From the IMG/VR virus record IMGVR_UViG_2671180458_000004: 21,008 bases of DNA; one strand, written 5' to 3'. The stretch comes from a virus. Taxonomy: Duplodnaviria > Heunggongvirae > Uroviricota > Caudoviricetes. Position 1 is the stretch's first letter. Every line of letters begins with the position of its first letter. The notes beneath the pieces were generated by a model. The model was not told the DNA's origin, ran no database searches, and saw only the letters and a program-made list of their open reading frames with translations. Shown here piece by piece: positions 1-8,833 of this stretch. A program made the position numbers and the translations under genes.

Positions 1-25
1 CGGGTTTGATAAAGATGGTTTTCAT
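1..25 (-). CDS. First 8 codons (MKTIFIKP...) of the next downstream gene, truncated by the window edge
   Basis: ATG at 25..23 immediately after the gp37-like stop, with GGAGG about 8 nt upstream; product unknown. Confidence 0.35.
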
Positions 26-586
26 TTACAGTTCCTCCGGCGGTTCGACCGCCGTTGTCGTGTTCCCCGGCAAATCAATATGTGCCTCAAACGGCGGCGT
101 ACCGGGCGGCTCCACAAAGGTTTCGTAATGACGCAGGAAGTCGTCCAGCGAGCTGATATCGGTCAGCGGTGCGATCATTTCCTCGCAGGAGAAATAAAGC
201 GCATACATCACCGCACCACTGTCCGCCTGGGTTTCGGTGTAACCGTTGACCGCCTTTTCAAAGTAAAGCGGTGAGGTTTTTTCTGTTCTGAAGCCGTTAA
301 GTACGGCGATCAGCCGGGCCACAATCTGATACAGTCCGGGACGGCTGGCCTCACGCCCGTTGAGCATGTCGCCGATGACGTAGAACACCCAGTGACTGAC
401 CAGGCGACCACGGGTACGGCCTTCACCGGCACCCAGCCAGGCAACGTAGATCGCCGGGGCGTTAATCAGCATGGTGCGCAGTACGCTGTCGCTCCAGTCG
501 CCGGGATGCGTGTCAACAGACACCAGTTCATTCCCGAAATACTCACGGATACGGGCGATGTATGCCTGTTCGGTTTCCGTAATCAT
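26..586 (-). CDS. Mu gp37-like protein (DUF1834-type)
   Basis: 186 aa; ATGA-coupled to the upstream gene; follows the gp36-like gene as in Mu. Confidence 0.8.
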   Translation of the reverse strand: MITETEQAYIARIREYFGNELVSVDTHPGDWSDSVLRTMLINAPAIYVAWLGAGEGRTRGRLVSHWVFYVIGDMLNGREASRPGLYQIVARLIAVLNGFRTEKTSPLYFEKAVNGYTETQADSGAVMYALYFSCEEMIAPLTDISSLDDFLRHYETFVEPPGTPPFEAHIDLPGNTTTAVEPPEEL

Positions 587-1002
587 ATGAAGCCCTTCTG
601 GTTGCGCCCGAATACCGCTGCATCAGACTGAACCTGTGGTAAATCCCCGGATTCAGGGGCCGCACCGTTCGTATCCACACCGACCGGCACATTGCCGTTC
701 ATGACATCTTTCAGCCAGGCCAGCGCCTCACGGTAACGGTCACGCGCCTGATCGGAGGCTCGCTGATCGCACAGGTAATAAAAGGCAATCGCACAACAGT
801 GCTGAACAAGAACAGCCGGGATAACCTCCAGCGGCAGCGTGTAACGGGCGGACAGATAGCTGTCGATAAGGGCTGACGCATCTGTCAGCGCCCGGTTCAG
901 CTTGCGCGTGTCCGGCTCATCCGAACGGGGCACAGCCAGTAACGGCCTGAGCAAATCCTCGCGGTAACGCGCCCGCATATCGGTTTCAGTGGCGTAATTC
1001 AT
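583..1002 (-). CDS. Mu gp36-like protein (DUF1320-type)
   Basis: 139 aa; ATGA overlaps at both ends; position after the T-proximal head genes. Confidence 0.8.
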   Translation of the reverse strand: MNYATETDMRARYREDLLRPLLAVPRSDEPDTRKLNRALTDASALIDSYLSARYTLPLEVIPAVLVQHCCAIAFYYLCDQRASDQARDRYREALAWLKDVMNGNVPVGVDTNGAAPESGDLPQVQSDAAVFGRNQKGFI

Positions 1003-1370
1003 GCGCGGGCCTTTTTCGCCTGTTTCGCTTTGTTACCGGTCTTTTTCCGGGGAGCATCCTGTCCGGCTTCGGCTTCGGCTTCGGCTTCGGCTAAATCTGT
1101 ACCGGCCACTGCATGAACCACACCCGCCACGCTCCCCGCATCATCAGCAGGCGTCTGTAGTATTCGCACAGTGAGGCATGGCTCCGCCTCCAGTCGGGCA
1201 AGCTGCTCCGGGGTGACCTCAACCTGCTGACGTCCACGCGTGAACAGGAACCCCGCACGACGAAACGCCGAACGACTGCAACGCACTTCTGCCAGCACCG
1301 TGACAGAATTGTCACCACTGACCTGAAGACCTGAATCATCTGTTGCTGCCACAGTGTGATGTTCATTCAT
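999..1370 (-). CDS. Hypothetical head-region protein (123 aa) with internal (EA)n repeat and lysine-rich C-terminus
   Basis: GGAGGG about 5 nt upstream; encodes AEAEAEAEA from a hexanucleotide repeat; C-terminal KKTGNKAKQAKKARA; occupies the slot after T. Confidence 0.7.
   Translation of the reverse strand: MNEHHTVAATDDSGLQVSGDNSVTVLAEVRCSRSAFRRAGFLFTRGRQQVEVTPEQLARLEAEPCLTVRILQTPADDAGSVAGVVHAVAGTDLAEAEAEAEAGQDAPRKKTGNKAKQAKKARA
1065..1092. repeat. Tandem hexanucleotide repeat (GGCTTC) about 4.7 copies, in-frame within CDS 999..1370
   Basis: Plus strand reads GGCTTCGGCTTCGGCTTCGGCTTCGGCT; the minus-strand codons GCC GAA repeated encode Ala-Glu. Confidence 0.85.
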
Positions 1371-1384
1371 ATTTGCCCTCCGCA

Positions 1385-1408
1385 GGGGCCGGGCCGTAAG
1401 CCCGGCTC
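1385..1408 (-). other. GC-rich stem-loop just 3' of the major capsid gene, without a U-tract
   Basis: GCCGGGC (1388-1394) / GCCCGGC (1400-1406) with 5-nt loop CGTAA, about 6 nt after the T stop; followed on the minus strand by the next gene's GGAGGG RBS. Confidence 0.4.
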
Positions 1409-1413
1409 ACCGT

Positions 1414-2361
1414 TTACAGATAATCCGCGACAACCAGCTCCAGCTTGCCCTTCATCTCGTTAGAGACGGTTGCGTTTCCGTCTGCGAACAGTTCACGCTC
1501 CAGCAACTGCACCGCCTGTTTTTCCAGCGAGGTGGGGACAACAATATGGGTGGGTTTAATGCCGAGTTTGCGGCCACCGTCAGCGGTAAATTCGCGCATG
1601 GCTGACCAGCCGTGCCACAGTGCATCCAGCGTCAGCGGTGACTGCATCATGTAGGCCATCTGCCAGAAGCCGTAGCCCACATTGCGACGGGCGGATGCAC
1701 CAAACACAAATTCGTTATCGGTGAATGCGCGACCTTCATCGACTTTGGTCTGGGCAACCAGTTCAGCCTTACGGCGATCCTGATAAATCAGCGGTTTTAC
1801 CGCGCGTGAACAGTCAAGCAGATACCAGGCCGGACCGCTGTAATCCGCCTGTGCGCCGACAGAGCCGGTTTTTGCCACAAACATATTGCTGACCATCTGC
1901 GCATCCCCGGAGCCATCCACTTTGGGGTAAACCGGATGTTCGGTATCAAAGAAGTTCTGACCGTCATAGCAGGCCGCACTGATCCCGTCACGCAGGGCAG
2001 CAAAGACCAGCTCATCCGGTTGTACCGCCGCAGCGCGCCCCATCTCCTGAAACAACGGGGAATAAATACCGAGGTTGTCGTCTTCGAAGTCATCGCGGCT
2101 AATGGCGACAGTGCCTTCAAAAGTTTTGTTCACGATGGCATAGCCATAGGCTTTCATCTTCTCGATGACGCGGGAGCCGATCCACTCACGGAACTGCGGG
2201 AACTGCCCCAGCCAGCCGTAGGTGTTGGATTTCGAGGTGGAGGGCACGGTCATCGCAATTTTTTTGTACTGCGACGGGGCCATGGACATCCCGGCCTGAA
2301 AATCAGAACGGTAGCCCGTCATCAGGGCGGTGATCATCGCCGGTGTAATCGGGGTAGGCAT
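1414..2361 (-). CDS. T: Major capsid protein (Mu T/gp34-like)
   Basis: 315 aa, close to Mu T (about 305 aa); AGAGGAAA RBS; follows I as in Mu. Confidence 0.9.
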   Translation of the reverse strand: MPTPITPAMITALMTGYRSDFQAGMSMAPSQYKKIAMTVPSTSKSNTYGWLGQFPQFREWIGSRVIEKMKAYGYAIVNKTFEGTVAISRDDFEDDNLGIYSPLFQEMGRAAAVQPDELVFAALRDGISAACYDGQNFFDTEHPVYPKVDGSGDAQMVSNMFVAKTGSVGAQADYSGPAWYLLDCSRAVKPLIYQDRRKAELVAQTKVDEGRAFTDNEFVFGASARRNVGYGFWQMAYMMQSPLTLDALWHGWSAMREFTADGGRKLGIKPTHIVVPTSLEKQAVQLLERELFADGNATVSNEMKGKLELVVADYL

Positions 2362-3494
2362 TATTGCATTTCCTCTTTCATTTTCAGGAACTCGGCTTCG
2401 GTTTTACCCAGCAGATGGGCAGCGGCGATATCTTCAGCCGACAGCGCAGCGGTGGCAGTCTTTTTATCCGGCACGGTCACGGTGTCGGTCTGAAGGCCGG
2501 TCAGGGCCGCAACCGGCTGTCGGGCGTCAAGCTGTGCAGAAAGTGCCGCAACACCAATCTGCCCACCCAGTTGTTCCAGATAGCCGCGTTCGCTTTTGAA
2601 GATGCGCCCTTCGGATTCAGCCTTGTCCAGCACCTGCTCCAGTGTGGTGCTGCCGTGCTGTGCCGACAGCGCAACGTATTCGGTACGCAGGGCGTTATAC
2701 GTTTCAACGGGCACGTATTTCGTCAGATCAATACTGCCTCCAGCCGGTGTGCCTTTTGCGGTTTCCAGCTCTGCCGACAGACTGGCGACCTGTGTTTTCA
2801 GGTTGTCGTGTGCATCCGCACGGGTTTTGATCCCGGTGAGTGCAGACAGCGCCGCCGTGCCCAGCTCCGGCGTAAATTCGTCACCGTCAGCCACGGTCAG
2901 ACCGAGCGCCGTCAGCAACTGGCGTAATTGCTCATTCATGGGGTGTTGCTCCTGAGAAGGGGAAACTACATAGAGATCGTCAGCACTGAGTGCTGCGACA
3001 GGGTTCATACCCGTAATACCTGGATCATTCGTCAGGGAAGCCATGCGCAACAGGTAGGGTTCCCCGGTGTCAGCGAAATAATGCATATACGCAGACAGAT
3101 AGGCATATTCACGGTCATCAATATGTTTTTGGGCCTGCGGCGTCCATTCAGGTTTAATGAAAATCCCCTGACCCTCACGCCATTCGATGTTTTCCGGCTT
3201 AACCCAACCTGCGGCAATGGCCTTAAATCCGTTTTTCTGCGCATTCATGGAGTGATGGTCATAATCAATCAGTAACGGCTGATTCAGGGCGGAAAGCCCG
3301 GCTTTCATCCGGTTGCAGGCGGATTCGTTAATCAGCCAGCCTTCAGCCGGTTTTTCCGGGCGACCGTCACGGGCCTTTACCCTGCCTGCTGGCAGTAACT
3401 GACACCATCCGTCGCCGGATGCAGTCAGCGAAGCTGAAAGCACGGCTAAACCAGAGGGGCGATTTGCGTCTTTTGGGTGATTTTCTGTCTTCAT
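2361..3494 (-). CDS. I: Mu I-like head protease/scaffold protein (gp32-like)
   Basis: 377 aa; stop overlaps the T start (TAATG); no clear SD at the listed start, so the true start may differ. Confidence 0.85.
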   Translation of the reverse strand: MKTENHPKDANRPSGLAVLSASLTASGDGWCQLLPAGRVKARDGRPEKPAEGWLINESACNRMKAGLSALNQPLLIDYDHHSMNAQKNGFKAIAAGWVKPENIEWREGQGIFIKPEWTPQAQKHIDDREYAYLSAYMHYFADTGEPYLLRMASLTNDPGITGMNPVAALSADDLYVVSPSQEQHPMNEQLRQLLTALGLTVADGDEFTPELGTAALSALTGIKTRADAHDNLKTQVASLSAELETAKGTPAGGSIDLTKYVPVETYNALRTEYVALSAQHGSTTLEQVLDKAESEGRIFKSERGYLEQLGGQIGVAALSAQLDARQPVAALTGLQTDTVTVPDKKTATAALSAEDIAAAHLLGKTEAEFLKMKEEMQ

Positions 3495-3669
3495 ACCGGC
3501 AGCATAAGCCGGGAATTTTCAGGGCGGGTTTTGCGGGATTTCAGGAAGTATTTTCAGGGAAAAATGCAAAGGCGCTTCACGCAGATTTTAAAGCCCGTTA
3601 AATACAGGTTAGAAAATCACGACACGCGCCTGAAGGGGGTAAGGTAATGCATTTGCATACCTTAAACAA
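3495..3669 (-). promoter_or_regulatory. Candidate late promoter region upstream of I, with three direct TTTCAGG repeats
   Basis: 175-bp ORF-free gap; TTTCAGG on the plus strand at 3517-3523, 3539-3545 and 3552-3558; short inverted repeat ATGCA-TT-TGCAT at 3647-3658; position corresponds to Mu late promoter P_I. Confidence 0.4.
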
Positions 3670-4143
3670 TTAAGGCGTTTCTGTGGCCTTTTTAAAGCGT
3701 TTTCTGATTTCGTCCATGATCTCCTGCTCTGCCACCTGATCAAAGCCCATATACGGGCGTGCACCAATGGCCGCCGGTCCCGGTGGCATACCGGGCAGGC
3801 CACCCCACTGATGAATGGCCGCATAAGGCTCATTTGATCCAATCAGCGCCCAGGTGTCGCCATAATCCGTGGTCAGGCGTCGGGCCAGATCGCCGTTCAG
3901 CGTCAGGATTTTGCCGGGCATGTATCCCTTACGGGTACGCCACTTGCGGTAAGGATCTGACCAGTCATGCCAGCGTTCGCCGTCCGGCTCTTTTTCCTGT
4001 TCAAACGCCATTTCTGAGGATGACAGAAGGCTGGACGCCACACTGCGGGCCAGGTCTTTTCCGCCACCCACAAACTGAAGCCGGGCAAAGACCCGCTGGA
4101 GACGCGTAACGTCAACAACGACAGCGGCATCAATGGATGACAT
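3670..4143 (-). CDS. G: Mu G-like virion morphogenesis protein (gp31-like)
   Basis: 157 aa, the size of Mu G; GGAGG about 5 nt upstream of the ATG. Confidence 0.85.
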   Translation of the reverse strand: MSSIDAAVVVDVTRLQRVFARLQFVGGGKDLARSVASSLLSSSEMAFEQEKEPDGERWHDWSDPYRKWRTRKGYMPGKILTLNGDLARRLTTDYGDTWALIGSNEPYAAIHQWGGLPGMPPGPAAIGARPYMGFDQVAEQEIMDEIRKRFKKATETP

Positions 4144-4170
4144 ATTGCCTCCGCATAAAGGATGAATATA

Positions 4171-4265
4171 AAATAAACAGGCGGTCAGTGTACGCTTAAC
4201 TGGTAAAGTCGGTGCCTGCCTCCGGGTGGATCATGTATGCGGGTTCGACCCCCGCCACTGACCGT
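4171..4265. other. Structured element in the F-G gap: long closing stem plus an inner hairpin with a tRNA T-arm-like loop; terminator-like on the minus strand
   Basis: Plus strand: GTCAGTG (4184-4190) pairs perfectly with CACTGAC (4256-4262); inner hairpin GCGGG-TTCGACC-CCCGC (4239-4255). Minus strand: the structure is followed by CTGTTTATTTTATATT. Confidence 0.35.
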
Positions 4266-5596
4266 TAATCAATATCTCCTTCCAGTACCTCAAGCATTCC
4301 GCCCCGGATATCCGATTTCAGCTTATCCATATTGATAACCCGGTAAGCATTCACAATCACATCCAGTTTATCCGGCTGACGCTTCAGGCTGTACGGCGCA
4401 TTAACGGCAATCTGCACACTGCCATCCTTACTTTCCACGATATACATCAGATTGTTGTGGCGTTTATCCCACAGTACCGCTTTTGGCGCGGCCAGCATTG
4501 CCGGTAATCGCCCGAAATCCTCCGGCGTCAGGGCGATACCGTCATTCTGATGTTTCATGCTGTCCGCATGGAGCACATTTTTACCGCTCATCGCCAGCAG
4601 GCGGGCCGGTGGCGTTCCCGTCCGGCTTTCCACCGCCTGCGCAATGCTTTCGGTCATAAAGCCCAGCGTGCGGATATCGTTACCGCCTCGCCGGGTTTTC
4701 ATGATGTTTTTTGCCCAGATGCGAAATGCCAGCTGCCGCTCCGGGCTGTTGTTCATCTCCTGAACCACCATTTCCCGTAACGCCGGGCTTTTCACTTCGA
4801 TCAGCTTGCGGATCAGCGCCTGGTCTGTGCCGAACGCCGCCGAACCGGGGTTATATGACCAGCCCACATCCGGTGTCATGGTTCTGGTGCCATCTGAATA
4901 TGTGGTCACCGGCATTTCTCTGACTTCTCCGGTCTGCTTATCCACGCCAGCCTCAACATTGCGGGTGGAGAGATGATCCTGACCGGATGAAACAGACAGC
5001 CCCATCGCATCCAGACGGGCCTGAGACAATGGCCGGACACGGCAGCGACAGTTCCAGCCATTGGGCGGGTAGTGTGTATTCCAGAACGGATCGTCATAGC
5101 GGAATACCAGCCCGTTAAGGGCGGAATGTGCCGGGCGGGTGCGGCTGTCCATCACCGCCACATACTGCCAGAACGGATGCGTGTCCGTGTTGTTCATCAT
5201 CTGCGTGTAACGCCCGGCATTGTAAGCCACACGGGTGTTCACGTTGTAAATCAGCGCCAGACGGCGGGGACTGCCCAGCTGCACTTCTTCCGCGTTACCG
5301 GCACTGTCCACCACAATCTGTTTTCCCCACCATCCCAGCTTTTGCAGGCGGGGTGTCAGCGTGCGAATAAATGCTTTCTGTGAAATCCCCTCATCAACAG
5401 CACGCTGCACTTCCGCCTGTAGTGTGGTCAGTACGTCCAGGCGTGCCACTTTTGCCGCCGTGAATGAACGGGCATGAACATCCGCGTCTGTTTCGAACCA
5501 GTTCCAGCTGATATGCGCCCCTTTGGCGCGGAAGTATGCCACCGCCTCTTTTGAGGCAAGTGTGGCGGCATAACCTAAATCAATCCCCTGTGCCAT
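4265..5596 (-). CDS. F: Mu F-like head morphogenesis protein (gp30-like)
   Basis: 443 aa; start overlaps the portal 3' end by 17 nt; family assignment from recall of Mu F-like proteins. Confidence 0.88.
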   Translation of the reverse strand: MAQGIDLGYAATLASKEAVAYFRAKGAHISWNWFETDADVHARSFTAAKVARLDVLTTLQAEVQRAVDEGISQKAFIRTLTPRLQKLGWWGKQIVVDSAGNAEEVQLGSPRRLALIYNVNTRVAYNAGRYTQMMNNTDTHPFWQYVAVMDSRTRPAHSALNGLVFRYDDPFWNTHYPPNGWNCRCRVRPLSQARLDAMGLSVSSGQDHLSTRNVEAGVDKQTGEVREMPVTTYSDGTRTMTPDVGWSYNPGSAAFGTDQALIRKLIEVKSPALREMVVQEMNNSPERQLAFRIWAKNIMKTRRGGNDIRTLGFMTESIAQAVESRTGTPPARLLAMSGKNVLHADSMKHQNDGIALTPEDFGRLPAMLAAPKAVLWDKRHNNLMYIVESKDGSVQIAVNAPYSLKRQPDKLDVIVNAYRVINMDKLKSDIRGGMLEVLEGDID

Positions 5597-7178
5597 CCAG
5601 CATCCCCTTCATTTCCGCAGCAAACATGGCATCACTGAGCAGCGTCATCAGGCGGGAATCATCCATTTCACGGTAAAGGGCAGGCAGGTCTGCCAGTGCC
5701 TCCGCCAGCCCCCGCGTTCTGATGGCATCAATGACCGGCTCCAGTACCGGGTCGATGGCCTCCTGTAACCGACGGGCAGGCACCGCATCCCCCATGTCGT
5801 CCAGTTCATCTCGGGGGCTGCTCTTCGCTTCCGGCAGTCTGGCAGCCAGCGCTGTCTGCTCTGTCTTCTCCTGTTTTTCCGGTGGCATCTCTTTGTCTGT
5901 CTGAGCAGGTTCATTGCCACTCTGACGGACACGGAAGATGGCTTCGCCGGGCGTGGGCTGCGGAATACCCGTCTGCTCACGTATCCAGGGATCAGAAATA
6001 TCCATCCCCGTACTGAGCTGCATCACCGCACTGGTGATTTTGGTGATATCCCCCGGCTCTTTTGTCTGGAAACAGATACGCGGCAGGCGACGGATATCTA
6101 TGGCGTGGGCGGTGTTCAGGGCATACAGCGGATACACCAGATCGCGGTTCAGCGTGGCGGCCAGCTGACGTAAATCAGAATCCCTGATTTCCCGGCGCAC
6201 CTCGTTATGCACTTCACCCAGCGAGCGCGCGCCCTTGTCTCCGGCTTCCGTGGTCAGCGTGCCGCCGAGGATAGCTTTGGAGATGGAACGCTCCCCCCAC
6301 GAAATCATGGTTTCAAACGGATCGGCCTGACCGTTCGCTGCCGCCTGAAACTCCAGCGACATCCCGGCCGGGATGATCCCGCCTGTACGTCGCCCGATAT
6401 CCATCACCGCCCGCATCAGGGCGCTTTTCTGCTCCGGTGTTGCCCCGGACGGGTATTTACCGACCTTCATCGGCAGGCCGTACACCTCCAGAAATTCAGC
6501 CAGATCGCGCACGGAATAGTTTTTGAAAATGAACGGCCAGATAAGCGTTCTGACAAGCCCCGTCGCACCACCGTATCCAGTGCGTGAACGCGACTGATGC
6601 ACTATCCAGCCAAAGGGCTGAAACGCCACCCCGGCATGGCTGCCGTCACGCAGCCGCAGTTCGCTCAAATCATCCGGGTTAAGGCAGAAATGCCCGCTGT
6701 CACGCCAGCGGATGGCGCGGATGATGTGCATTTTACCGAGCATCCCGTGCTCAATCTCCATACAGGAATAGCCCTTCAGGATGGCATCGGTGGCATCAAA
6801 CAGCATGGCATCAAACCAGTCGGCGGAATGAAGATATTCGTCGAGCATTTCCGCGTCCTTTTTCTCATTCGCGCTGGCGTTCGGTGGCGGCTCAATACTC
6901 CAGGGCACGCCCTGAATGGCAAGACGTCGCTTGCCCAGCTCTGCAAAAAGGTGGGTATCCTTTTCTTCAATGTCAGCGGCCAGATCGGACTGGGCAATCA
7001 GATCGCCACGTTCAGCCCCGCGAAGGCACTGCGCCGCCCGGTTCGGGGTGATACCCGAGGCCGGATGTTCAATATAACGGCTGGCAATCTGCGGAATATC
7101 CAGCACGGCACTCTGCATCTCCGGATCAAAGGAGAAAGGTTTTCCGTCAAGATCAATTATGCGTCCCACTACCAGCAC
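5580..7178 (-). CDS. H: Portal protein (Mu gp29/H-like, DUF935)
   Basis: 532-aa ORF whose listed start is a GTG overlapping the terminase stop; an in-frame ATG at 7118 is an alternative, so the start is uncertain. Confidence 0.88.
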   Translation of the reverse strand: MLVVGRIIDLDGKPFSFDPEMQSAVLDIPQIASRYIEHPASGITPNRAAQCLRGAERGDLIAQSDLAADIEEKDTHLFAELGKRRLAIQGVPWSIEPPPNASANEKKDAEMLDEYLHSADWFDAMLFDATDAILKGYSCMEIEHGMLGKMHIIRAIRWRDSGHFCLNPDDLSELRLRDGSHAGVAFQPFGWIVHQSRSRTGYGGATGLVRTLIWPFIFKNYSVRDLAEFLEVYGLPMKVGKYPSGATPEQKSALMRAVMDIGRRTGGIIPAGMSLEFQAAANGQADPFETMISWGERSISKAILGGTLTTEAGDKGARSLGEVHNEVRREIRDSDLRQLAATLNRDLVYPLYALNTAHAIDIRRLPRICFQTKEPGDITKITSAVMQLSTGMDISDPWIREQTGIPQPTPGEAIFRVRQSGNEPAQTDKEMPPEKQEKTEQTALAARLPEAKSSPRDELDDMGDAVPARRLQEAIDPVLEPVIDAIRTRGLAEALADLPALYREMDDSRLMTLLSDAMFAAEMKGMLDGTGD

Positions 7179-8833
7179 CCCCGATCAAATTCATGATATG
7201 CCTCATCGTCATCACGATAACCGCCCTCCATTGCCCGCGACCGTTCCGGCAGCGCCTGACAGGCTGATTCATCCAGGATGAAGCCCTCCATGTATGACGC
7301 CCGGTTTGCCATACAGAGCGCCACGGCAAAATCGCCATGGCGGCGGGCGTTCACAGCCGTTGCGTTCTGGTCCTTCGTGCGCCCCTTGTCGATTTGCGGG
7401 ATACCGTTCACCACCTTCACATGGCGCAAATCATCAAGCGTGGTCTGATGGCGGGCGATGAGGATATTCTGATCCTCAAACTCGGCCTTCAGTTTTGGCA
7501 TCCACTCGCCGTACCACTTCGGCGATAACATCACGCAGTCGATGATGTCCGGGCCAAAGGCCAGCAGCGCGGCTTCGGCCAGATAGCCGCCGTTACCGGT
7601 GGCGTCGAACGCCGCACCGACCAGCGCCGGAACGCGGGTCAGGATGTACATCATCACCTGCTCCTGCTGGGCATACGGCAGGTTGCGCAGCTCCACGCGA
7701 AACACCTCGCGTTTTGCCAGGGATTCAGTGATTTCCAGCAGCACAAAGCAGGAGAGGTCACCGGTGCGGGCAAAGTCTTCCCCGAAGCTGAAGCGGGAAC
7801 GGGAATTTAACGCCTCTAAAAGCGGTTTTAAATGTTCTTCACACCAGGTTAAAACCTCCGATTCACGCAGCCATGCGGCACGGCTGATGAAGTCGTCCGG
7901 GGCTTCAAACGTCAGAATCGGGATGTCGCGGATCATCGCCATTTCAATAAGTGCGTGAGGAATATAGGCACCGCCGGACTTTTTCGGGATACAGCCGTAT
8001 TCCTCGTCGGCATCCTCACGGGTCGGGGCGTTTTTGTAGAGATCATCACGCCACTTCTGCTCGCTTTCCGGTGACCATTCGCGGCCGGTGACATAACAGA
8101 TACGACGGTACAGCCCGTCCGCAATGGCATCATCCAGGGTAATGCGGTGGACGCTGTAATCCTTGCGCCCCTCGCGGGCTTCCTGAATGTACTGATTAAA
8201 CAGATTATCGACGCCGTTATGCGTGGAGATAATACGCACGCGCGCGCCCCACATGGTAAGCGCCATTGCCGCCTTGAGAAGTTCATCCAGTGACTCGTGG
8301 AACGCGGCTTCATCAATCACCACATCCCCCTGAAGGCCGCGCAGGTTTGACGGACGGGAAGACAGTGCCTGAATTTTGAATCCACTGTTCGGAAAGCGGA
8401 TCATGTAGGTCAGAATTTCTTCTTTTTTATCCCGATCCCAGAAGGTCTGCTCATACACATCAGCATCTGCCAGCTGGTTAAAGGCACGGGAGAACAGGGC
8501 GCAGGCAGAAATATATTCCAGCGCCATCTCCTGCTTTGACCCCACATAAAACACATTGCGGCCACCGCGCCGCTTCGGTTTTGCAGCGGTAATGACGTTA
8601 CGCCCGGCTTCCGCCCAGGTAAGCCCGGTACGGCGGGATTTTTCCGCGATGCAGACCTCGCTTTCATCCTCAAACCAGCGGGCCTGATAATCCAGAAACA
8701 CCGGCATATCACCGGGCAAATCAAGGCTGTCCGGCACATCCACGCCCAGCAGGGCTTTTTCACCGGCCAGATCAATTTTGCGGGTGGAGACGGTATTCGT
8801 CAGTAAGGGTGAGAGTTCTTCGGCGTTATTCAT
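7169..8833 (-). CDS. Terminase large subunit (Mu gp28-like)
   Basis: 554 aa; ATPase N-terminal half and nuclease-like C-terminal half recognised by recall of Mu-type terminases; directly upstream of portal. Confidence 0.9.
   Translation of the reverse strand: MNNAEELSPLLTNTVSTRKIDLAGEKALLGVDVPDSLDLPGDMPVFLDYQARWFEDESEVCIAEKSRRTGLTWAEAGRNVITAAKPKRRGGRNVFYVGSKQEMALEYISACALFSRAFNQLADADVYEQTFWDRDKKEEILTYMIRFPNSGFKIQALSSRPSNLRGLQGDVVIDEAAFHESLDELLKAAMALTMWGARVRIISTHNGVDNLFNQYIQEAREGRKDYSVHRITLDDAIADGLYRRICYVTGREWSPESEQKWRDDLYKNAPTREDADEEYGCIPKKSGGAYIPHALIEMAMIRDIPILTFEAPDDFISRAAWLRESEVLTWCEEHLKPLLEALNSRSRFSFGEDFARTGDLSCFVLLEITESLAKREVFRVELRNLPYAQQEQVMMYILTRVPALVGAAFDATGNGGYLAEAALLAFGPDIIDCVMLSPKWYGEWMPKLKAEFEDQNILIARHQTTLDDLRHVKVVNGIPQIDKGRTKDQNATAVNARRHGDFAVALCMANRASYMEGFILDESACQALPERSRAMEGGYRDDDEAYHEFDRGCW

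Noticed and set aside
1936-2927. Plus-strand ORFs of 185 and 187 aa (1936..2493, 2364..2927)
   Set aside because: Antisense to the major capsid and I genes, which are strongly supported by coupling and family resemblance.
3419-3669. Small cargo gene (for example anti-CRISPR) at the G-I junction, including the 60-aa plus ORF 3419..3601
   Set aside because: The only ORF is on the opposite strand, overlaps the start of I and has no RBS; the region looks regulatory (direct repeats) rather than coding.
3609-4133. Minus-strand ORFs 3609..3842 and 3903..4133 overlapping G in other frames
   Set aside because: They overlap the G-like gene, which has a GGAGG RBS and the expected size; the alternative frames give Arg/Pro-rich low-complexity products.
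4181-4265. Bona fide tRNA gene
   Set aside because: Only the acceptor-like stem and T-arm-like hairpin fold convincingly; I could not build a canonical D-arm or a 5-bp anticodon stem with a 7-nt loop, so it is reported only as a structured element.
6597-7196. 199-aa plus-strand ORF
   Set aside because: Entirely antisense to the portal gene; no start context; inconsistent with the uniformly minus-strand operon.
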